From a virus (taxonomy: Duplodnaviria; Caudoviricetes), in IMG/VR virus record IMGVR_UViG_3300020156_000031, positions 1 through 61,960 of that record: a DNA stretch of 61,960 nucleotides; one strand, given 5' to 3'. The notes below the pieces were generated by a model. The model was given only the letters and a program-made list of their open reading frames with translations. It was not told the DNA's origin and did no database searches. Both the position numbers and the translations under genes were made by a program. Positions within the stretch are counted from its first letter, which is position 1; the number at the start of each line of letters is the position of its first letter. Shown in pieces: positions 55,601 through 61,960 of the stretch.

Positions 55601-58600
55601 TTTTGCCACGCGCCTGCGCCTCGCGCCATTCCTTTCCACCGCCGTCAATGATAAGCGGATTTTGCAGGCTGACATAGAACGCCGCTACTCCACCTTCCGC
55701 GTTCTGGTAGTCGAACGCGCGGCGCTCATCGGCATAACTCAAAGCCGTGGCGCGGGATGAGGCAAACCAGAAAGCCCCATCATCTTCGCGCGGGGCCATA
55801 CCGAACCTTTCGGCTCTACCTTTGAACTGCGCATCTTCGCCTTTGAGAAATCTGGCGTCGGGACTCCCATGATACACGACCAGCGGCTTGCCCTTGTCAT
55901 CGACCACCTTGCTGTCACCGAACCACTTCTTGAAGGCTTCGGAATCAACGGCAGGGGCGAGCGAAAACTGCGGCGCGGCCTGCTCGCGCTTCCTCGGCGC
56001 GCGTTCCTTCATCTCCCCGCTCTTGGCCTTGGCGAAGACATCTTCCGCCGACTGGTAGCCCCGACCCAGAAGATAGTTGCGGACGCGGCGCAGCACGTCC
56101 CTGATCTTCGCCCACACCTTGCGCACGCCGATATGGACCTTCAGGGTTTCGCCCTTGTCCATGGCCTGCGCCCAGATGCCGAAGGACTCGGCTTCCACCT
56201 CACGGCGCGACATGGCGCGGACGGTCGCTGCGGAATGATCGCCTCTTTCCGCCACAATGGCCCGCAGGCGCGGTTCTTCCGCTGCCAGTACCTTGCGCTC
56301 CCGGCTGTCCACGAACAGGTTCTGGATGCGGTGGAAGGCTTCGTGATAGGCGGTCTTGTCCGCGCGCACCGAAGGGGTGTCGAGCGCCAGCACGATCACA
56401 TCGCGGACGGGATGATAGAAGCCCGCAGCGGTCGCGTCCTCGTTGGATTTGCCCCATGCCGCCAGACCGGGAGAACCGGCGGGAACCTTGATCTGGTCCA
56501 TGAAGGACGGATCGATGCCCGCGACCTTGGCGACAATGCCCGCGACACGCTTCTGTTCGGTTTCGGAGAGAAGGATGGCGGGCTCGCCGGGATCGGCGGT
56601 TTCCCAGCCCGAGGGCGCGGCGTCGAGGTCCAGCAAGTCCTTCTGGTCCATCTCGTCGCTAAAAAGCCCCCCAGGGTCTTTCTGAGGGGCTTTCGGCTTG
56701 AGGGGAGCATCGGCCTTGCGCTGGGCCATATCCGCGTCGGTGGCCCGCTCCGCGCCGGGAATGACGAGTTGCGGCTTGTTGTCGGCGCCGCGTTCTTCCG
56801 CGGGGGCCTTTTCCTTGGCCGGCTTGTTCAGGGAAGCCAGATGCTCCTGAACCGGGACAGCTTCGTATTTCTCTTTGTTGATGGCGTCGGCGGTGCTTTT
56901 GTTGAACGTCTCGAGGACGACATCGCCGGTTGCCTTTTCGCGGACAACCCACGACGCAACGGGTGCCTTTACTGGCTGCGGTCGCTCAGACCCTTCCCGC
57001 TCAGGCTCTTGGCGCTCAGGCGCGCTTTCTCGATCGCCGCGTTCGCTGTCTTGCCGGCTTCCGTCGCCCTCGCCTTCCGTCCGATCTTCGCCACGAACCG
57101 GCCGATCTGCGCGAGCTTCTTCAACTCCGCCTTCCGGTTCGCGTCCTGCGTCGAGTTCGCCTGTCTCTCGATCAACTGGACCGCTTTCAGGTGCTGTTCC
57201 GGGCTGTACTTCACGGTCGTCTCCAAAAAACGGGATGCCGGCAACGGTTTCGGTCGGTTCGACCAGCGACTTGCCGGCATCAAGGTAGGCCAACTCTACC
57301 GCATCATCGAAGCCTTTTCCATCGGAAACGAGACGTGCAACGGCAGCGATGAAATCGTCCGCGCCATCTACTGGAAAGCCCTCGGAGGCGAGACGGTCGC
57401 GCACTTCCTGCTGCGTTGCTTCATGGGAGCCTTCCGCTGCCGCCTCGGCCTCCACGCCCTGCTCGCCGCGCCATGCCGCCGTCCAGTCGTCATCGTACTG
57501 CGAGAACACCTGACGGCCGTTGCGGGTGTCCAGATCCAGCGCGTCATAGAAATCGGCAAGGGTGGAATCCATCGGCAGATAGCCGGCCTCGGCGGCAGCT
57601 TCACGCGCCTTGTCGGGGTGCATGCCCCTCGCCCGCACGACGGGACCGGCGCCGACCACGAAGCCGGTCTTGCGATCCGTAAGCCCCATGGCCCTCAGTT
57701 CGCCGGTTTCCTCATGCACACCACCACGGCGGGCGATGAACTCCATGAGGCTGTCGGGCTTCTTCACCCTGCCCTTGCGATCGACGGGAAAGCCCTGGTC
57801 ATTGAGGCGGACATCCGGCTTGCCCATCGAAAGCGGCTTGGTGGTGTCGCCATCGCGGAGCCACTTCCTGAACTCGGAAACCGACATCGGGGTAATGCCG
57901 CCGATCCGGTCGGCGCCCATCTTGTCGGAGAACGCGCGGGTGTAGAGATCGCGGGCTTCGGAAACCGAGCTCACGCCCATGATGGCCTTATGCTCATCAA
58001 AGCGGCGGGTGCGCAAATCCTTCTGGTCGATCACATAGACGCGCTTCGAGGAAGGGTTATCGCCGACATAGACATCGACCTGATCCTTGTCGGCTCCAAC
58101 GGTGCCCTTGATCCGCCCATAATGCGCCGGGAGTTCCACGGACCATTGCTGCCCGTTGGGATCGGTCCCGGAGCGCACCGCGCCCTTCGGGGTTTCGATG
58201 GCAATGTCCAGACCCGCAAGCTTCAAATGGCCGTGCTTATAGTTTCCCGCGACCTTCTGCGCTTCGCTCGGCTGGGTGTTGACCTTCTGCGCCGCGACTT
58301 CGACATGCTGCGGGGCCTGCACGACAACGGGCGCGCGGCGGGTGCCATCGCCCTTGATGTCCTCGGAAACGGACTGCTCGACGGTCTGGGAAAGCTGGGG
58401 GAGAACCGGCGCCACGGCGCGCTCCGCGTCCTGATCCTGATCTTCCGCAACGGAAGCCTGCACGGTCTGGGAGAGTTGCGGCCGCACCGGGGCGATGGCC
58501 TGCTCCGCCTCTGCGTCCTGATCGGCGGCGACGGATTGCCGGACCGCTTGCTGAAGCTGGGGAAGGACGGGGGAGACGGCTTGCTCGACCTGCTGCGCTT

Positions 58601-60086
58601 GATCGGCTTCGATCGACTGGCGCACGGTGTCGGCGATCAGGCTCTGGATTTCCGGCGTCAGTTCCGGCTCCGGCTGGGCCACTGGCGCGGGAAGCGGCTG
58701 CGGGGCGACAACCGGAGCCTCGACCGGAGAAACGCTCTCAGCGGGCATCTGGGGCGATTGAGCGACGAGTTCGGGGCGAGGTTCGGGGATGGGGATATTT
58801 TCGGGAGTGACTGCCTGCGGAGCCTGATACTGCTCGGCCTTGCGGACCATGGCGCCATTGACCTTGATGCCGGCGGCGATGGCTTCCGCCACTTTCGCAT
58901 CCACCTCTTCACGAGACATCAGGTCGATATCTTCATCGGGGATGGAGGTGCGGCGCAGGATGGCGCGTTCCTCGGGAGAAATGGCAGACGGCGGAGAGGC
59001 GCGAAGAGGCGAAGCAACGTCCTCCCCGCCGTCTTGCGTTGCGGGAGCCTCGCTGGGGAGGACAGCAGTCTCGACCGCATCGCCTTCTATGCCCTCGGTG
59101 GGCAAACTGGTTTCGTTGGGGGTGGCCGGGTCAGGCGAAAGGGCTTCCACTGTCGCGCTTGCCGTCCGAACCGCGCCGCCGACCGGAGCGCCGCCGACTG
59201 CGCCGGCCAGCATCTGATCGCCGGTTTTCATCGGATCGAACCCGGCTTCCGTGCCGAGCGTCGTCGCGGTGCTTTCAACACCCTCTTGCAGGGCTTCGGT
59301 CGCGCCTTCCTTGACGGCTGCTTTCGCAGCTTCCGCCGGAACTTCCTTCAGGGACTGGATTGCAACGTCATCCAGTCCAAACATGGAGCGCGCGCCAAAG
59401 CGGTCCAGCAACGCGGTCGCGGTCGATGCAGGGAGAACCTTGAGAAGGTCTTCAGGACGCGCACTCGCCAGACCGTCATTGACGGCGCGGTCCTGCGCAA
59501 GGCCGCCGGTGCGGGCGGCGACATAGCCGGGAAGGGCGAACACGGATGCAGCCATGTCCGGCGTCGAAATAAGGCCCTGCTCGAGCGCGAAGCCGAGGAT
59601 GTTCCCGGCGGTCGGATTTTCCTTGACCTGCTCCCATGTGGTGCCCGGAACATAGCCGAGGTTGAAGTCCCGCATTTCCTGCGAGGCCTTCTGCAGTTCC
59701 GTTTTGGTCGGGAACAGAGACTCTTCCGGCTTGCCCTTGTCGGAATACATGAAACTCGGCAGGGCGCGCACCACGCCGTCTTCGTCGCTAGGTGCGGTGG
59801 CGGCGATCAGGTTGCCGAACTGGCCGAAGAGATCGACCGTCTGCTCGCCGATGCCCTTGGCGATATTCGCGGCGCTATCGAGATAGCCCGGTTCTTCCAC
59901 CGGAACCGGAGCGGCGGAAACCTTGCCTGGCTCGTCCAGCGTGAATCCATCCGGCAGCGGCGGCAAAGCCGTGGACGCAACGGGTGCGTCGAGCGTGAAT
60001 CCCTCCGGCAACGGGGGGAGTTCGGCCTTCGGCTCGTCCAGCACGAATCCCTCCGGCAAGGGGGGCAGTGCGACCGCTTCGTTCAT
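52605..60086 (-). CDS. Large polyvalent internal virion protein (InPase-like, HExxH peptidase, ART-like, LPD38-like)
   Basis: PSEAQK.AGNYKHG..DEHK; AYHEAFH; FKKWFGDSKVVD..PLVVYHGS..QIKS; C-terminal F.NAS.QG region. Confidence 0.8.
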   Translation of the reverse strand: MNEAVALPPLPEGFVLDEPKAELPPLPEGFTLDAPVASTALPPLPDGFTLDEPGKVSAAPVPVEEPGYLDSAANIAKGIGEQTVDLFGQFGNLIAATAPSDEDGVVRALPSFMYSDKGKPEESLFPTKTELQKASQEMRDFNLGYVPGTTWEQVKENPTAGNILGFALEQGLISTPDMAASVFALPGYVAARTGGLAQDRAVNDGLASARPEDLLKVLPASTATALLDRFGARSMFGLDDVAIQSLKEVPAEAAKAAVKEGATEALQEGVESTATTLGTEAGFDPMKTGDQMLAGAVGGAPVGGAVRTASATVEALSPDPATPNETSLPTEGIEGDAVETAVLPSEAPATQDGGEDVASPLRASPPSAISPEERAILRRTSIPDEDIDLMSREEVDAKVAEAIAAGIKVNGAMVRKAEQYQAPQAVTPENIPIPEPRPELVAQSPQMPAESVSPVEAPVVAPQPLPAPVAQPEPELTPEIQSLIADTVRQSIEADQAQQVEQAVSPVLPQLQQAVRQSVAADQDAEAEQAIAPVRPQLSQTVQASVAEDQDQDAERAVAPVLPQLSQTVEQSVSEDIKGDGTRRAPVVVQAPQHVEVAAQKVNTQPSEAQKVAGNYKHGHLKLAGLDIAIETPKGAVRSGTDPNGQQWSVELPAHYGRIKGTVGADKDQVDVYVGDNPSSKRVYVIDQKDLRTRRFDEHKAIMGVSSVSEARDLYTRAFSDKMGADRIGGITPMSVSEFRKWLRDGDTTKPLSMGKPDVRLNDQGFPVDRKGRVKKPDSLMEFIARRGGVHEETGELRAMGLTDRKTGFVVGAGPVVRARGMHPDKAREAAAEAGYLPMDSTLADFYDALDLDTRNGRQVFSQYDDDWTAAWRGEQGVEAEAAAEGSHEATQQEVRDRLASEGFPVDGADDFIAAVARLVSDGKGFDDAVELAYLDAGKSLVEPTETVAGIPFFGDDREVQPGTAPESGPVDRETGELDAGREPEGGVEEARADRPVRGEDRTEGEGDGSRQDSERGDRESAPERQEPEREGSERPQPVKAPVASWVVREKATGDVVLETFNKSTADAINKEKYEAVPVQEHLASLNKPAKEKAPAEERGADNKPQLVIPGAERATDADMAQRKADAPLKPKAPQKDPGGLFSDEMDQKDLLDLDAAPSGWETADPGEPAILLSETEQKRVAGIVAKVAGIDPSFMDQIKVPAGSPGLAAWGKSNEDATAAGFYHPVRDVIVLALDTPSVRADKTAYHEAFHRIQNLFVDSRERKVLAAEEPRLRAIVAERGDHSAATVRAMSRREVEAESFGIWAQAMDKGETLKVHIGVRKVWAKIRDVLRRVRNYLLGRGYQSAEDVFAKAKSGEMKERAPRKREQAAPQFSLAPAVDSEAFKKWFGDSKVVDDKGKPLVVYHGSPDARFLKGEDAQFKGRAERFGMAPREDDGAFWFASSRATALSYADERRAFDYQNAEGGVAAFYVSLQNPLIIDGGGKEWREAQARGKTSDVIDQAREEGHDGVIIRNVRDNYNNDAKTKPTDTFVAFKPTQIKSINNRGTFDPNDPRIDFSIVERAPNEPIRTPEKARGIRLHDAIAAASKALTSKAKSKGSRFDRSNADDGESFGEYTTRKIVDYLDPVLQMQNKVGVKLNDLADAYLTARLAEGTIRHEIHQIDEKYVTPAIEELAKVGATEKDLHEFMYAMHAPERNRVVGLRNDEDSDLYKAATDPSIRGASGMSTNEAKEIIRELAKDREKFMGIRRASAHIRAMLDDGLKRQLKAGLINKATYERLTTQWQYYVPLRAESDLDGTGGSFPSKSRGFDVRGDEFKGATGRYTKADNVVVYAINNAEQSIIRVEKNKAATAALRFINEFDPQGESIAKVYWSDEPDQLGDITKAPPVYRRKLGKDGKVTNSKVNAFQMKDDVLAAKVGGKTYYMEFADPKVGLALKKMTFPELGVALKIVRKVSNWQSMVNTRMNPAFVPINFLRDVQTGATLALSKDFSTGEIAKMVTNIPKAWKALWNDARGKPGTGKWDNTLKAFKAAGGKITFDQYDTIEGTAKRLQKDMARITSQGVVGKTWKGFISLIEDLNDTIENGMRLAVFDASRARGETDSRAAFLARDLTVDFQKKGEMTPAMNSLYTFFNASVQGNLNFAKGVYRSRKIKVAMAGIMGAGLAQHFWNLAMAGDDDDGENAYLKMLRNEPWKFERSMVFFLPGSKEYVMIPLGFGMNAFWHLGMQGGAVTSGGKDFLPAMLDSTRVAFEAFNPLGSGGWVSMALPSVIDPVWELGTNENFAGNPIYPQENQYDPAPPPKSEQAFKSTSPVFRWGAETLNKISGGNEVLPGAIDVYPDSLEHLWGWFTGGVGRFVSQSVETANRAAALEFEPKKTPFIRSFYGEVDDHGKRSEYYAQREKVQYVKGKMKEFSESGDSEGLKEFVKDNQQEADAQKAFDLAEKQRRAINKKRRQIEKSEPDNAKALLKMLDEQELEIMNQARKQYFEAGKEN

Positions 60087-60862
60087 TGAGCGGGAATCCA
60101 CGAGTTGCCGTCCGGCGAAAGGACAAGTTTCTGGCCTGCCTCATTGCTTGCTGTTGGAACCTGAGCCTTGGCTTCGGTCACGCCTGGACCTTGGCTGATG
60201 TCCTGCGCCTGTACCTGCTTGATGAGGCGATCACGTTCCGCCTCGTAAACAGCCTGCTTTTCCTTTGGATCATATACGTTTTCAGCCACCTTCTTCGCCG
60301 CCTCGTCGATGCGAAGCATGATGGTCGGGTCGATATCTTCCTTCCGCGCCAGGCGCACGGTTTCGGCAGCGGTCTTTTTCGTGGCGGCGTCCGCCACCAT
60401 CTGCGCTCGCCTTTCCCGCTGTTCTTCAAGCGTCATGTTGGCGTCGAACTGCGATTGGTCCTGCGACATCCGCGCATCGAACTGAGACTGGCTCTGGCCC
60501 AGGGTCGCGGCGTGCTGGCTCTGGTCCTGAAGCAGTCGAGCCATCGCCATGTCCTGATCGGCTTTCGCCTTAGCAGCCGCCGCCGCCCGGTCAGCGGCTT
60601 CCTTCTGCTGCTGTGTCGTGAACTGCTGGGAGCCGCCGAACCCTTGCGCGAATGCGAGATACCGGTCGCCGCCGGTCGGTCCCATATTCGCCATGCCGCC
60701 GCCGATCTTCTGAAGGATCGATCCGAAATCCGATCCCCCCGTCAGCAGGGCGCCGATATTGGAAAGCGGACCCGGAGGCGGAGGCTGGACAACCGGCGCG
60801 GCCGGCGTCTGCTGCGACTGCATTCCCGACAGCAGGGCGGAGAGCGGACCAGTATCGAACAT
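60083..60862 (-). CDS. Internal virion/ejection protein
   Basis: Q/A/G-rich; coupled to the polyvalent gene. Confidence 0.6.
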   Translation of the reverse strand: MFDTGPLSALLSGMQSQQTPAAPVVQPPPPGPLSNIGALLTGGSDFGSILQKIGGGMANMGPTGGDRYLAFAQGFGGSQQFTTQQQKEAADRAAAAAKAKADQDMAMARLLQDQSQHAATLGQSQSQFDARMSQDQSQFDANMTLEEQRERRAQMVADAATKKTAAETVRLARKEDIDPTIMLRIDEAAKKVAENVYDPKEKQAVYEAERDRLIKQVQAQDISQGPGVTEAKAQVPTASNEAGQKLVLSPDGNSWIPAQ

Positions 60863-60871
60863 GGCGTGTCC

Positions 60872-61954
60872 TCAGAATTTCGGGGTGAACCGCTTGGGGT
60901 CCACGGTCGGGTTCGAAGCCGCGAAACCGGAGTTCGGGCCAAGGTTCGTTGCAATCCCGGCATTCGTCTTCGGGATCGGGTTTGCCGGCATCCCTGGATT
61001 GGCCTTCGGACCAAGGTTTGTCGGGATCCCTAAGGTCGGGCCGTCCGACACGGAAATGGGACCGGATGGCTGCGGCGCGGGTATATCCACCTTCGGGAGC
61101 GGCGGGGTCGTAGGAAGGCCGTGGGGGAAGATCGGGCCGGGACCGGGATCGGGGCGGATGGGCTGGCCGCCCAGAAGGTCGGTCAAACCGCTGGTCATGC
61201 CGGTGCGCGCCGCGCTCGGCTGCTGGCTGCCGTAACCGATGGTGGGCGTATTCATGCCGAGATTGTTCTGGATGCCGACGGTGTAAGCCTTGGGGCCATT
61301 GTTGGCGATCTTGTTCATCTTCTTTTCGAAGCTGCTGAGATTGTTGCCGCCGCCGTTGCCGCCGCCATTGTTGCCCTTGTCGTTCTTCGGCTTCGGCTGC
61401 GGGTTTGTCGGCCAGTCGGGGCGGGAGCTTTGAACCGGGCCGCCCTTGATCGGGTTGCTCTGGATGGGCTGGGTGACGGGCTGGGTGACAGTGTTTCCGC
61501 CTCTGCCGCCACCAATGCCGCCGATGCCACCAATCCCTCCGCCGATGATGACGGGATTCTTGTTCTTGCCCTTTCCTTTTCCACCATTGCCCTTGCCGCC
61601 GTTGCCTTTGCCGCCCCCGTTTCCTTTGCCTCCGCCATTACCCTTGCCGCCGCCGATGATGACGGCTTCGTCACCCTTGCCGCCGCCTTTACCCCCGCCC
61701 TTGCCTTTCCCGTCACCCTTGCCCTTGCCATCCCCTTTGCCTTTCCCACCCCCCTCCTTGTCCTTGACGACGACGTTCTCCATCAGGGAGGCCGGATCGA
61801 ACAGGCGCTGGGTCTGGGGCTGCGCCACGGCCTTGCGGGGCGCGGTGGCGGTCGGCTGCCGCCCGACCTTCTTCGCCGGCTGCATGGGCTGCATGTTGCT
61901 CCGGGTGTTGACTGCCGGAAGGCCGCCGAGAAGCGGGCCGAGCATTCCCATCAA
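60872..61954 (-). CDS. Gly/Lys/Asn/Pro-rich low-complexity protein
   Basis: ORF in the ejection gene cluster; SD probably supplied across the window junction. Confidence 0.6.
   Translation of the reverse strand: MMGMLGPLLGGLPAVNTRSNMQPMQPAKKVGRQPTATAPRKAVAQPQTQRLFDPASLMENVVVKDKEGGGKGKGDGKGKGDGKGKGGGKGGGKGDEAVIIGGGKGNGGGKGNGGGKGNGGKGNGGKGKGKNKNPVIIGGGIGGIGGIGGGRGGNTVTQPVTQPIQSNPIKGGPVQSSRPDWPTNPQPKPKNDKGNNGGGNGGGNNLSSFEKKMNKIANNGPKAYTVGIQNNLGMNTPTIGYGSQQPSAARTGMTSGLTDLLGGQPIRPDPGPGPIFPHGLPTTPPLPKVDIPAPQPSGPISVSDGPTLGIPTNLGPKANPGMPANPIPKTNAGIATNLGPNSGFAASNPTVDPKRFTPKF
61490..61760. repeat. Degenerate coding repeats (GKG/GGKGN/GGI)
   Basis: Short codon-level tandem repeats in the 360-aa ORF. 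Confidence 0.7.
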
Positions 61955-61960
61955 GTCCTG

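Larger units (their letters stand above)
1..61960. mobile_element. Temperate phage genome (podovirus-like, probably alphaproteobacterial host), apparently complete and circularly permuted
   Basis: Packaging, head, tail, lysis, replication, immunity and integration modules are present; no host housekeeping genes seen; the late operon continues from window start to window end on the minus strand. Confidence 0.93.

Noticed and set aside
55869-60089. 1406-aa plus-strand ORF, and similar long antisense ORFs (e.g. 10807-12696, 1957-3666)
   Set aside because: Shadow frames of GC-rich minus-strand genes; no recognisable motifs
61490-61760. CRISPR array or DGR repeats
   Set aside because: Repeats are degenerate codon repeats; no spacers, cas genes or reverse transcriptase seen in the window

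Overview
The window looks like the essentially complete, circularly permuted genome (~62 kb, GC-rich) of a temperate podovirus-type phage. The host is probably an alphaproteobacterium such as a rhizobium; this is inferred from a cuckoo/alpha-r14-type sRNA and alpha-type LexA boxes. The minus-strand late operon contains terS, terL, a beta-helix tailspike plus polysaccharide pyruvyltransferase, portal, scaffold, N4-gp56-like capsid, adaptor, tail proteins and ejection proteins. It continues across the window ends into a 2.5k-aa polyvalent protein, an accessory island, a cell-wall-hydrolase virion protein and the lysis cassette. The centre has a lambdoid switch (cro and a short cI with five GTTCAT-N3-ATGAAC-like operators). 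The minus-strand early operon carries a replication initiator, a split primase-helicase, two DNA methyltransferases and a Cdc123-like ATP-grasp. The plus-strand early operon carries RecT, DUF5131, HNH, xis-like and int genes, followed by an attP-like region. The best candidate for something undescribed is a ~600-nt, densely base-paired, possibly pseudoknotted non-coding RNA with its own terminator between cI and PL (about 33534-34152). Other notable items are an alternative-frame gene nested in the C5 methyltransferase, an 81-nt cloverleaf-like element before terS, the cuckoo sRNA, and two LexA boxes in the attP region. All product calls come from motif recognition by eye; no database searches were run.
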